Shown here in pieces: positions 30,901 through 44,020 of a stretch of 64,000 nt of DNA. Numbering within the stretch: position 1 is the stretch's first letter; each line of letters begins with the position of its first letter. A program made the position numbers and the translations under genes. This DNA is from Catajapyx aquilonaris (taxonomy: Eukaryota), in the NCBI GenBank assembly GCA_000934665.2, contig KZ538051.1, positions 62,001 to 126,000 of the forward strand, in the 5' to 3' direction. The notes beneath the pieces were generated by a model. That model was not told the origin of the DNA. It saw only the letters and a list, made by a program, of their open reading frames with translations, and made no database searches.

Positions 30901-33900
30901 CTTGCTTTGCACTATTGCATTTCGTAACTGCAACGGTACGGTGCGTGACGTTGGTGTGTGAAGAAGAAGTGAGCAAAAGAATAGCTGGGGGGAAAAAAAT
31001 GTGGGTCGTCACTTGCCTTGTCACTTGCACTGCTGCAGAATAATGGGATCTGATAACCTTTGCCCTCACAGATCTCACATTCTCAGTCAATTACGATTAG
31101 TCACGTGTTCTTGCATTGCACCAGAACATTGTATTGTCAGGATGTCAGCACACGTTAGTTTATGTCGAGATCTGTTTCTTGCAAGTCAATACTTCTAATA
31201 ATTTTCATAACTAAGCAATGAAAATTATTAGAAGTATTGGCCTGCAAGAAAAATAGATCTCGACATAATCTTCTAATTATTAGACGGTCGCACTTGTGTT
31301 ATGTGGCTCAATTGAGTCACTCAATATATACCTTCGGATTGGCATTTTCTATCACTCAAAATTTGCATATGAAATTAATACAGCACTAATAACAGATCGT
31401 GTGCACTAACGTAATCATGAAATTTTCTTTGAGAAATATTTTTGAACACCACTGCGTCACAACTTCCCTTGATGAAGACTTTTAATTGTTTTTCCTGCCA
31501 ACATTGCACCTCGTTGCATGCCTGCCCTCGGAAACAATCATGTGCAAATGAATTGATTACAACCTCTCGTGCGACCACCGGATCCGAAGAGTGTGGCGGT
31601 GTGCAACATTGTTTCACTATATAGCCTGTGATGCCTCTGAGCACGTGAAAAAAAAATAACGAGGTGGGGAATGTATAATGCGCCAGTATAATGAGGACGA
31701 GACATGCCGCATGATTTCTTCCAACGTACATCAGGAAGTGCAACTCGTGTTTCTCTCCATCATAATTATTATCCTTTCCCCTATAGTCCACTTGCTACCC
31801 AGTTTGTGTAATTAGTCTTCCAATTACCCGCCCGCCACTCGTGCAAACGTGATGCGATCATATGGGACCCAAACGGGACCAGTCACATCCGGATAAGTGT
31901 TTTTTTTCCCTTCCTTAAGCAGCCTGCCCAAGGGGGGAAAAATACATTAGGAGGAAATGTATGCAAAACAATAATTTTGTTTATCCCAGAAGATTAATTT
32001 GCCATATTTGTTGCATCTATATTTAAAATTGTTGAGGGTTAACAATCAACGTCTTCTGCCATTTGAACTGTGGCCTTTGGTCCATTGCACCGTCATATAT
32101 ATATATGGAAAGTCTGGTCGGTCAGGTGTTTCGTTGTTCGGAATGCTTTCTAGCCCGAAACGTCCTATTTGTGCCAGTGAGATAGAAAGCAGAAGGAAGA
32201 GGAGGAGGAGGAGGAGGAAGAGGGGAAAACACTTACGAGGGCCTGGAAAAACAGGAACTTCCCGTTTCAATGTCAATGTTGGGCTGGCTGGCCTAACTAC
32301 GCAGCCAGTTTTGCTGACCTGTGGATCATACGCCTGAAAACACACGCACACACACTATACGAGACAGTGCATTAATACGATATTAATCGAGCATAAGAGA
32401 GGCCACCCTCGAGACGAAGGGATAAGTGTCACAGCATCCTGCCTATGCAAGAAGTCATTAGAAAGAGGGGTAAAACATGCGCAATATCCGGTATACGCAC
32501 TCATTGAATCGGTGTGGAAATATATATCTGGAAAAATTAGTTAGAGTTCTCACATTTTTTTTAAATCTCTGGACCTCCGTGGTTTTAATGGTGATCGTTT
32601 CAGATAGAATAATTGATGATTTGCTTTCCCACAGTGATTTTTACAATCTCATGCACCCGGACTTAGATGATTATATCTCTGTACTTTATTATTCTGTTTT
32701 GGTTTCTCGAAGAAGAAGAAAAAAAAGTTATCCCATATTAGTCCTCTTGCAATTGCATCTTAGTATTTCCAGATGAGAAGAAAAGACAGTGATCAAATCT
32801 ATTTTCAGTTTTTTCACACATAAATACCTGAAATGAAGATGCGTGTACGTCATATAAGATAATGTTTCTTTCCAACCTTTCCCAATGGTACAGTACTGCA
32901 TATATTTGAAGAGTCCAGGGGAAAAAGGGGGAATGTCACACAAAAAATGTTCGTGAGAAATCGAAGAAATTGCTTTATTTCTTCACGTGTATAAGGAATA
33001 ATAGGGATATCTTCACGTCATTATATGCAACTGTCCCCCTTGTACCCATGGAAAGCCTCCAGGTATAAGTGGCACCTACGGTACTATTGTACTGTGGAAC
33101 TGTGCACTTGGCAGGAACCCCAATGGAATTTGACATTCCCCCTTTTCCCCCTGGACTCTTCATTTCCTTCATCCGTGCATCGTCAGGAAGCACACGACCT
33201 TGTCAAGAACTACGTACACAAGGCATCACAAAATGCACAAGTATAATTTGCGGTCAAAATTATACTGATTATTCCGCAGGACCCGTCTTCAGATGCATTT
33301 GCGGTTCAGTGTCATTGGCAGAGGCGTTTCAACACGTATTTTGCTCCAGGCATAACAGGTCTATCTGCAAGGAATGTTGGACAAGACCTGCCCCCCCATT
33401 TATGGAGGTTCACTAAGCTAAATCTAGCTCAAATGAGGGAAAAAGGGAGTGTGAAATATATGCTCAACTATCGTTTGTGACATGAAATTGTTTTATTCGC
33501 ATTCAACCAAAGAGCTGAAAATAATGTGATATAATGTCCGATATTTTTCACTCTTCGATTTTTGTAAAATACTGCAGCATAAATAAGACGCAATATGCGG
33601 TTTTCAAGTGTGAAAATGCGCCATGTCTCAATTCTTCTCAATAATTATTATTGTTAATCCGTGGACATGGGCCTGTGTGCATCGCCCCGTAAAATTACTC
33701 GGTGCGATTGTATTTTGCGGGGAAGTACTCACATATGTACTGTCATTTTGTTATTTCCTTTCTGCAGGCCTCGAGACAGGCTTTCGTGGCCTTGAAAATA
33801 TATAGTAAACAATATTAATTCAATACGTATAAAAAAAGCCAGATAGTTACATACAATGGCTGAGTTCTTGTGGATATAGTACGTATATAAGTAATCGAAA

Positions 33901-35538
33901 ATATAGAGATTCAGAGGCATCATATTTTGTGGACACGTGATGCTATAATGATGGCTCCAATGATGACATCAAAGCGTAAACAAAAATCCATAATACAACT
34001 ATGTTCGAATGATATATAATTATATATGCAATTTTTATTATTATCTACGATATATTTTTATTCCTATCCCACGCTCACGTTTTTGTTGCACTTTTTTTTT
34101 CTGTGCAATTAGCCAAGAGAGGCTCCGGAACGTTTTGCCGCTGTGTGTATAATGTGCGGTGTTGGCGGCCATATGCAGTATTTCAAGTTAAACATCGGGG
34201 TAAATTTTGAGCAGTGGAGATTATACAGATAATAAATGACTCATGGCCAGAGAGCCATTGCACCCAACAAAACAACAGAGACAATTGAATGAAAACAACA
34301 GTGACTCGTCTTTTCTCACTCTTTGACTCCAAATGAATGCTAATTTTTTTTATAAAAATAATCGTGACGCACTATGAACTACCGGCGACCCTTTTCATGT
34401 TAAAATCACTGCATCCTTAAAACTATGCCAGTAGTTTTCACTCTTCTCTCCGAGCACTTGAACACTCTGATGAAGGGCTGCAAATCAAAGTCATGTCCAT
34501 CCGAGTAATGGCCTTACCTAAACCGGTTAGAATGCAACTTCAATCTTCGTGTGTGCTCTAGTATTACAAAAGGCAGGCTACCCGAACAATGCAATCAGTT
34601 CCGCTTGTCTTACATTCATGTTCAATTAGTCTTTACCCTGCTGTTGTTCCGCGGCGCATGTCGGAAGTGCTCATCGAATTGTATTCTGTATATAGCACAT
34701 CATGGGGTCGAAATATTCGGATACTTGCACTCCAAAACAATTATTGATACGCTGCGGAACGAATACGATACGAACGATACGGAACGAATACGATACGAAC
34801 GATACGGAACGAACCTCAGATGCCAGGCTGGAGAGTAACTCTTGTCATAAACAATGGAGACGCGCAAGTGTGGGTGCGCACTCGTTTGAGCTTGTAAAAA
34901 AAAATAAATTTGTTTCTTGATAACGTGTCTCTTCTTCTTTACTAAACAATTTCTTCTCATTTGACAGGTACACCAACAACCCTGTGAGCGGGTTCTGGAA
35001 CCATCTCTTCGTCCTGTCGAAGGCCATCGAGCTGGGAGACACCATCTTCATCGTGCTCCGGAAGCAGCCTCTGAGCTTCCTGCACGTGTACCATCACAGC
35101 ACGGTGCTGGTCACCACGTGGTATGGGTACGCCGAAGAAGCTGCTCCGGCGGCGTGGTTCATCTTCCTCAATTTCCTGGTGCACTCGTTCATGTACTCCT
35201 ACTACTGCCTGAAGTGCCTGCGGGTCAAGGTGCCTCGAGTGGTGTCCATGACAATCACCGTGGCCCAGATGACCCAGATGATCCTGGCCGGAGTGGTGGT
35301 GGTCATGGCTCACCGGATCAGGGTCTCCGGAACACCTTGCCTGATCAGCCCGTACATCTTCCGGTTGTCGCTCTTCTTCTACTTCACCTACCTCTTGCTC
35401 TTCGCCAACTTCTTCAGGTCCGCTTACCTCAAGAAGCAAGCGGCCAACCTGAGCGCCAAGAACAACGGATACCACCTTCGAATACAGCTCACCACTGGTG
35501 TAACCAACGGAAGCATCTCTCGGACTAAGAAAGACTGA
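21925..35538 (+). CDS. ELOVL6: Very-long-chain fatty-acid elongase, ELOVL6/baldspot type, paralog A (296 aa)
   Basis: Exon 1 21925-22244 (TG|gtgagt), a 12,723-bp phase-2 intron, exon 2 34968-35538 (ttgacag|G). Motifs FEFEAGFD, YMKERPRFELRKALFFWNLGLAIFS, LSKAIELGDTIFIVLRKQPLSFLHVYHH, NFLVHSFMYSYY, TVAQMTQM, and a Lys-rich C-terminus RTKKD. Confidence 0.93.
24262..24885. mobile_element. Old degenerate foldback/MITE in the elongase A intron
   Basis: ~200-bp imperfect inverted arms, e.g. AAGTTGTTCCTCATAATAT / ATATTATGAGGAACAACTT and GCACTTGAAATGGCCA / TGGCCATTTCAAGTGC. Confidence 0.7.
29288..29849. mobile_element. Tc1/mariner-type MITE (TA TSD, CAGGGTGT termini, ~190-bp TIRs)
   Basis: TA-CAGGGTGTTTACGACCTAACTTTACAAA...TTTGTAAAGTTAGGTCGTAAACACCCTG-TA. 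The arms are highly similar. Confidence 0.92.
31160..31268. repeat. ~109-bp hairpin (about 49-bp arms, ~10-nt loop)
   Basis: TTATGTCGAGATCTGTTTCTTGCAAGTCAATACTTCTAATAATTTTCAT...ATGAAAATTATTAGAAGTATTGGCCTGCAAGAAAAATAGATCTCGACATAA. Confidence 0.85.
32901..33163. repeat. Inverted repeat pair (MITE remnant)
   Basis: GAAGAGTCCAGGGGAAAAAGGGGGAATGTCA pairs with TGACATTCCCCCTTTTCCCCCTGGACTCTTC. Confidence 0.6.
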
Positions 35539-36430
35539 TCTGCTCCAGATGGTGACAACCGCGTATATTTAAATAAAATGTCTGTGGTCCATGCCATGTG
35601 ATGCTGAAATGGGTTCTGACTTCAAAGGCCGGGTATATACCAGCAATCACAGACGTGATGTCGAGTTTCATTAGTTTCATGCAGTATAGTATTGGGACGA
35701 AAATTCCACCCCATATTTTTAAAAAAACTGGACTTCAATCCGTCATATTTGCTAAATTATTCCGATGGTAACATTGATTGTTCAGCATCTATTTAAAAAG
35801 TCGCTGTCAACTTCACCGCGTCTGTGACTTTCATTCGCAATTATTATATCACCCCTGCAGTTATTTCATATGCACCAGCCAGTTATGTATTATTTTCCGG
35901 CGACTTGTGGGTTTTTTTTTCTCTTTGTTGCCGGAAATGACGTCCAGCCAAAGCCAACCTTTTATTCCAGTGAGAAGTGCAATAAACGGTCACGGAATGC
36001 TGCATCACTCTTCCACGCACATGTGTTAATCACTCCTATATGAGGAAACGGACGAGTTGATGATCCAAACATCACACACGATTATGAATGAAAAAAAAAA
36101 CACACATTTTTCCCCAACCATTCGTTGTGCGGTGCTTTCCCCGGCCCTGTTTTCCCCTCTTCTTCACTTCCCCTTATAAAAAGAGAATCATGTTCGTGAC
36201 AAGAGAAGAGAAAATAATAAATAAAATAAATAAAAGATGACATGTGCGCAGAACCTTCATTCTCTGATGTACCAAATAACTGTAATTTTATGGTAATTCA
36301 TCTTAAAGTGATTCTCTTTTCGCAGACATTATTTGGGGCTATGATTGAATGCTGCATGCTTGAAGATCAGAATGCTGGAAATGCCAACGGCTCTCCTTTG
36401 GCACATTTCCACTATTCAGTATATAATTAT

Positions 36431-36487
36431 ACAACAACAACAACAACAACATCACGACATTTCCCTATGAGGGGTAGTCAGCGATGA
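36431..36487 (-). mobile_element. Probable 3' end of a non-LTR retroposon (short stem-loop plus trinucleotide tail)
   Basis: Near-identical core CATCACGACATTTCCC(T/C)AT(G/A)AGGGGTAGTCAGCGATGA next to (ACA)n here and next to (CAT)n at 46930-46990. Related + strand copies at ~20681-20731 and ~47571-47614. Confidence 0.55.
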
Positions 36488-39400
36488 ATTGCAAAGCTGT
36501 TTAAAAATAAAATGGAGAATATATTAATTTTCTATTACTTGTTAGTACTACATATTGCTGTTTACCCAGTGACCTTGCATCAAGTAGGTTTGTTGAGTAG
36601 GTTATGTATATACAAGTACACAATGAAGTTGGAGTTCGTCCTCTAAAGAGACAGCTCATTATTATTCCTTTAGTAGTTAAAGTGATGGCACGCAGTACAC
36701 TGTACACGCAATGAACTAGTATAAACAAACCATGACCATCCTCAATCTGCACTCGATAATTGTGCATAATTTTGTTGCGTGAGCCAACATTGAGAAAAAA
36801 ACATCATGCAACTGTTATTACATAAATAATACGCAAATATATAGGATGAAATAATAGACCTAGACCTATCCCAGTACGAACTGTTAACTGTGCTAACAGG
36901 GCCACGTGAGAAGTGTTAATTAGTAGGGTAAGACTGGGACATTTTCAGTGCACCATTGACAGCAATGACCTTCAATGACCTGCAATTAGTGGTGAAGTTA
37001 CACGCCAATGCCAATATTTTTGCAATGAAGGACACACGCCTGGCAGTCCATTATGAAGTGGTTAAATGGATGCAAACATTTAATTGCATATTTTGTGCAC
37101 GAACTTTGGCTCGAATTAAATAATTATCACTTTAGAATGTTTCAAGGTAAGCAAGTTAAGAAAAAATATTTATATTAAACGAAAGTCGCAAAAAAAAAGC
37201 AAGTCAAGGTCATGGCAATTGAATTTTTCTAGAATTTTCGCCTGGAAGAAGTGGGAAATCCCGCCGAAAAAGCAATTTCGCCAAGATCATTATCAGTTCA
37301 CCGAGAGTGAAAGTTTAAAGACTGAAGCAAAACTAGATTTCGATTCAATCAAAAGTGACCAGTCTTGAACAGCAAGTTCCACTGGCTGCTACTTGCATAC
37401 ACATTTACAGTACACCCAGTATTACTCGCCGGATTGGCCACATCGTGACATTTACTTTCATGAAATGGCCCTATAAGTGTCATGCAAATAGTATTATTAC
37501 AGATGTACTAAACCGGTCAAGGACAGCGTTGCATATTGTGCAGCAATTTTAATGTCAAATTTTATTGACCTCGCACAATGAAAAGCTAATATAATTAATC
37601 ACTGCTTATACGAGCCAAGGTTTTAGACTTTTCAATTATGCAGAAATACTGTTGGAAAATCTGGAAAAATAATATCATGGTTGTTGTTTTTATATTGTCA
37701 TCTCTGCTATGCAATGCACCAACATTGTGACTCGCATTTTCCAGTTTCATGCAAGATAGCGTCATTAAAAAAATTACATAATTGACACCATGTATGATGA
37801 CAAGCTCTTTTTCCTTTGCTTGCTTCTCGCTCTTCTTGGGCAACCTTCTACAATACACGCGATTGTGAAAAGTGAGGGGGGGGGGGGGTGTGAAGGGCAG
37901 GTCAGAAAAATGTGTCCGGTTTAACAATGCTCGAGACTGACGTGATTGGCGTTATAGTGAAAGATGTAGGAGCTGGCTCCAGCAAGCTCATTTCCCGTAT
38001 AGAAATGAAAGTTCATGTATAAACTTTCTCTTGCTCCAGACACTTGAAAATTGTTGGACCGAATATTTTTGGACATAATATTGAAGTTCGCCCAAGCGAT
38101 CAATGTTTTCCTTTCCAACCAATATTTCATCTTTATGAATCCAAGCTGTATACCGGTAGTCTATCTGCATTTTAACTACACTCCAGGATACAGCATCCGG
38201 AAGTTAACATTGTTGATATAATGCGAAACAACAAAATACTAATACATACCTCAATGTAATTAAATTTCGCAATATTATTAGGCGTAATGTTGTAACAATG
38301 GTGCAACTTGATGAAGTGATTCGACATGCAAATCTTTATTATAATTTTCATTAGTCGGTTGTAGGCTACATATCTTAGGATTTAGGCCAAAACGTTACTG
38401 ACTATTATAACCGACTAATATAACCCAACTTGCTCAGTTAACATTGGTGTTGTACCTTGTCACAAGAGAGATTTGTATACATTTCATACCAAGGTTTCAT
38501 ACCAAGGTTGGTATATACAATCCTATACCAATACGGAATATACCATATTAATTATACATTCTCAAAATAATAGTCTTCATATGCTAATTGTGGCAATTTG
38601 AATACTATATTCACATGGCATTTAAAATAATTTATTTCCTGACCACATATGCCTCTTATTATTTTGACACACTTGGCAACAGACCAAAATATTAAATCAT
38701 GAAGGCTTTTTTTTCTTCTTCTCCAGCTAGGAGGCTGCTATGCCATCTAGTGAATGTAAGAACGAGTACGCTACACATACCTTACGAAAGCTGCAATTGC
38801 GAGTAGCTTCTGACATCTACTGGCAATAATGCTACAAGGTGCAACGAGTAACTAATAAGTTTCAAATAAAATAAAGCTTCTATCGAAATTTAATGTCAAT
38901 ACAAAAAGATGGCAGACTCTTGATAGCCCTATACGGAATCATTTGCATATCATCTTGCTTGTAAGTACTTTCAATCAGATAACGCGATCATGTTGACATT
39001 ATAATAAAGCATCCGATGATACGTATGAATAGCGTGGTCTCCAAAGTTCGCGACTTTTAATCCATCGGAAGACTCCGTACTGATGTGCTAATAATACATA
39101 CTCCGACTTCGAAATAGACTTTGAACTATCGCCTGTGAGGTGATTCGACCAATGTTCAATGTCCGTATCTCGATAGTAAACTTTCAAGCATGGCTAGACG
39201 GGCTTATCAAGTCGTGACACTTTTTTGATATAAATGGTTTAAAAAGAGGAAAAAAATGAACCCGTACACTGTTTCATTGTTCATGGCCTGGCAGTGGATT
39301 TATTTTGTTTTACGAAAAAAAATAGTAGGCCTACAGCTTATTAAACTAATCGGCATCAATATGTTTTTGGGTAAAGCAGACGTTTAAACGATTTAACGGC

Positions 39401-39494
39401 TTATTAAAATAAGTACGATACCAGGATTAAGTTGTGTAATGAAGGGCGACGTATTTCACATTAGATACTGGAGTTCCTTGCTCATTAAGTAGCA

Positions 39495-41428
39495 TCAGGC
39501 GTGACGTCCAACGAACTCCACCAGGACATTAATTATTTGGTTAATCAACACGTTACATCCTACGCACTTCACAATTTCGCATCCGAACAAGCCGATGCTT
39601 AACCCCAATCCGGACTTTATCAGCCAGAAAGGACCACGTAATTGTTGCAATGTCAGTGATTTTTTCTTTTCGTCGTCGTCATGTCCTATTGTTACAAGAA
39701 AGTTGCGTATGGACTTGCGATGGTTATTGTGAGACACCATATTCAGGTATTGATTCCATAGGCCACCTCCTAGGCAATGCAAACTCGCCATGTGTCCAGT
39801 GTTGAACGCAGGGTTGTCCTTAATGTACGCAGGTCCTACGAACATGTTGAGGACAACTTCTGTCCCATCAAAGTAAGGGAGTCTTCCTGAATCGTCAACA
39901 AACTTCAACAGTTCCATCTTCATTAAGGATTGGATGCCCATACAAGCCGCTTTGGTCTCTAAGCACTTCTTAAAGCACTGTTCGTACGAACGGTACAGTG
40001 TCAGCTTCTTTTTAATGCCCTGATGTGTCGGAAGATCAAGATCCCCGACGAATATGGAGTAGCCCAAGCCATTAACTTCCTCAGCTCCGATTTCATAGTC
40101 GTCAGCCAGCAAACCTTCAAAGGTCTTGGGAAGCACCTCTCTGTCAGGCACAGTCACGAACGAGAACAGCATTTCTTTGTATCCACATGTGATGACCAAC
40201 GCGAAGAAGAGCCAGAAGATGACAAACACTCTGAGTCCATTTGCAGAAGGAATCGGCCTGCTCGGAGCTCTTTCCACAAAAGACAGAAGCAAATATTTAG
40301 CCAAAAAGCCGACCCATTCTCTCCGATCGTTAAGAATAGGTTTCAACGAAAACCAGGCTGCAAATATCCCGAGAATAGATCCAAACCCGATGCATAACCA
40401 GACTTGTGTTTCGAATGGCCAAAATATGGTCTTCCAAGACCAGACTGGACCGGCATGGGCTCGTACAAAATAAAATCCGGAGTATCCAGACGGAAATCCA
40501 AAGTTCATGTGGGTCATAGCGTCTGGTTGATATACAGCAATAATAAAGAAATGAGCATGTCCTTTCATGAGTTCCCCGATGTATCCGATAAAACTACCGT
40601 TGCTTGATCGTGTCTTGTATATTTCCTCGGGTTCGACATGTTTCAAGTAGCAATCCCATCTGTAATTAAAAGTGCGTCCCAACTCGTAAGCAATCATTTC
40701 TTCAAAATCAAGGCTCCAAAAGCCATCCTTCTGTACTTTTCCTTCAACTTCAGTTTGGCTAATACTTCTGAACAACGGTATGTTAAAGTGCATGCCATGA
40801 AAATCTAGTGTCATGTCAGGATACAAATCAGACTTCGGAATCGACAAGTATAGTTCTGATATCTGCCTAGAAACCTGATCTCCGGATTTCCATTGTCGCA
40901 ATCAAAGCACAGAGTATGAAGATCCAGTGCGTTTACATGTTCATGAACTGCGATCTTGAACTTCCATCCTTTAGCTACGTCTACGAACAATGCTTTCGTA
41001 GCTTCCTGATTTCTAACCCACATTACGAAGTAGTCTCGAAAGGACTCGACGGATATGCTGAATGCATGGAACACACTTATCCGTCTGAATCCTTCTAGTG
41101 TGTCACTTGTCACCAAATGCACCACACATTCTCCGGCCTTCCTTTTCCGTTCAAACAAATCCCACAAGTCTCTTACACTACGATGCTCCGGAACAACGAA
41201 CGTGTCAGGAGGTCGAAAAGTCATCGCAAACCTGTACTGGTCACTCATGTTCTTCATGATGTCAGCCAAATGGTCAGGCAGACGAACAAAGTCATGGGCC
41301 ATCACCAAACTGCACTCTGGGAGAAGTGATGATGTGACATACTGTGTGAAACTTTTGACCAGTGATTCTGTGTGAGATGAATGAGTCGTGATCAGTGACA
41401 CAAACACCATCAGGTAAAAACGATCCAT
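39495..41428 (-). pseudogene. Intronless divergent ionotropic (chemosensory) receptor with one frameshift (pseudogene or sequence error)
   Basis: The 5' ORF 41428-40811 has a signal-peptide-like start and LCFDCDNGNPEIRFLGRYQNYT. The 3' ORF to 39495 has SDLYPDMTLDFHG, IFWPFETQVW-TM1, RVFVIFWLFFALVITCGYKEMLFSFVTVP...PKTFEGL and LTLQQLRGPFWL-TM. These are typical IR motifs. Removing 2 nt near 40843-40848 gives a continuous ~643-aa frame. Confidence 0.85.
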
Positions 41429-43479
41429 GACAATAAAATAATCTTAACCATCACAGAGAAGTTCCTTTTGGCCAATCAATATGTTTGCCAATCTGAATCA
41501 GACACAGTGTATTCCACAGACGAATTTCGCGTCTGAATAGTTATGTTGCTTTGTGCGAAGTGTTTGCTGCATTATGCAATGAAGGAGACAGTATTGATTG
41601 TGGATATCCGTTTTTTGGACAGCACTTAGGTTAATAGTGCCTTTTAGGTGAAAATTAGCAGGTATGTCATCACAACCTGTCTGTTATGCGAAATGGGGCT
41701 GTTACGTAATGCATTTTCACTGTCTATATTTGCAGCAATGTTCTAATTGAAGTAAACTGCTGGCCAAACAGTATAGATAATAGATTTTTTTTTCATCCTT
41801 CTGCTAAGGTCAACATGACGATACGTACGTATGAGGCAGGGGAACTATAATGTTATGCAGATAACTTCATTAAAGTGACTTTGATCTGATCAACACGAAG
41901 AGACAGATGTTGGCAGGCCTACTTTTCATCCCCACTGAACTACCAAGATATCATAAAAGTTCCTGGCAACACCAAAGATCTGCAGAACCTTCAGGACTTC
42001 ACTATAGACGAGCAGTGTTCACATTCGGAATAACATCAGCACGGATATTTTTTGGAGTGCTCAAAAGTGAAAAGCAATATTTTAATAATGATATATTGTT
42101 GGGACAATCTGGTGCACCTTGTATCGGGTACAAACTTGTGAAGAAAAAATGTGAGTTTACGAGAGACTCTGTGGTACAAGAGTATAGACTATGTAACATG
42201 GAAAAGGAATTGTTTTTAACCATTAACTGAATAACGTTAGTGCGATTATAACATTTTAAAAATTAACTTGTTGGCATTATCGGGACATGTCAAACTATCA
42301 GATTCTGTACTTCAAGTACACTTCAAGGACTTTTATAGTTTCGTTCCCAGCTTAATATCATATATTGTTATCCAAAATACAACAATAATCCTTTATGCAC
42401 AATTTCACGTAGAGTGAATCCCTATACTGTATAATTAAGTAACATAGACATGAAAAAATTTGAAAAATAATTTACAGTACATGATACGTGAGTTTAAGTA
42501 AAACCAACACTGATGGGGAAACGCCTATTTTGTAAAAAAAAAATCATGTATTACAACGTATAAGGGGAATAATATTTATTGGCAATCATATACGTAAAAT
42601 AATCTCCTCCGATTTATTCAAGGTTAAATTGTGTTACAAACTGGTGCATTTCATTATTAGTTGTGGTTGCTGCACAGAAATATTCGATGAAAAGATCTAT
42701 CTCGGTTTGTTTTTCGCCCCATAAATTATAATATCGATTCTGTGACTGATAAAATCATGATTTATAGCGTTTTCAACATTGCGTTTCTGCATAGTTTGAT
42801 ATTGCCTAAAACCATCATAAAAGTGTGCAAAGAAGGTTGTCATGTTTTATGACAGTCATGTTGCTCTGACGATTTAAAAAAATTAATTCTAGAAAAATAT
42901 TTTGCATTTCCTTACACTGATCGACGCGACGCGACGGGGGAAAAATTGAAGCATAATAATTGCATCTAATCCGAATTCAAAATGTACCAAAACTCTACAT
43001 AAAATCTGAGGCTTCATTTGCCATTTTTTCATATTTTGATTTCATTTACATGTTACATCGCATTTAGAAGTGATCAATCCACATAGCCTATTTACCCATA
43101 ATCCAAGGGAATGATTATATATACAAGCATACAAATTTGATTTGATTTTAGTCATCATAGTTTGCCATAATTTTGGGAATGTTACTATAATAATAAATAA
43201 TAATGACAAATAATCAATTAAGGGTTAAATGTTACCATAATAATGAATGTTATAATAATATTAAAGCCTTTGGTATCGTACGCAAGCATGTTGGAAATGA
43301 TGACATCATTTGGACTGATATTCATCTTGCAATATCTGATTTTTGCAAAGTTTGCAAATTAATGTCCACTGTTATTATTATGCAACAGTTGATAACCCAT
43401 ACTTGCAGGGAATACGAAACATTACCAAAATAATGTGGAGCTATAAATTCTCAAATTATCACAATCTGATGATCAAAAT

Positions 43480-44020
43480 TATTATAAATAATTAAAAATT
43501 AGAAATAAAAATATATTAATATTAAAATAATCGACCTTAAAATATTTAAATATTAAAATAAATAAATCTGATAAATATTAATAATATGATAAATATTAAT
43601 AAACCGAATTAATACGTATTAATAAATATAAACAGTAGTAATGAATATTAATATATGTGTTGAGTATTCAAAATATTAATAAATCAAATTAATATTAATA
43701 AATCTAAGTAGTAGAAATGAATATTAATAAATCTAATTAATATTAATAAATCTAAATAGTAGTAACGAATATTCAAAATATAAATAAATAATCTACGTAA
43801 TAGTAATGAATATATATAAATAATCTACATAATAGTAATGAATATAAATAAATAAATATAAGTATAATAAATATAAATAAATAAATATAAGTATAATAAA
43901 TAAAAATAAAAATAAGTATGATACATAAAAATCAATATAAGTATGATAAATATAAATAAAAATCAATATAAGTATGATAAATATAAATAAAAAATCAATA
44001 TAATAAATAATAATAGACTG
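43480..44020. repeat. AT-rich low-complexity tract / degenerate minisatellite
   Basis: Repeats such as AATATTAATAAATCTAA and AAATCAATATAAGTATGATAAATATAAATA. Confidence 0.8.

Noticed and set aside
34957..35528. Long antisense and alternative-frame ORFs over elongase, IR and TFAM exons (e.g. 34957-35475, 48205-48645, 58996-59484)
   Set aside because: Shadow ORFs produced by the codon bias of the real exons.
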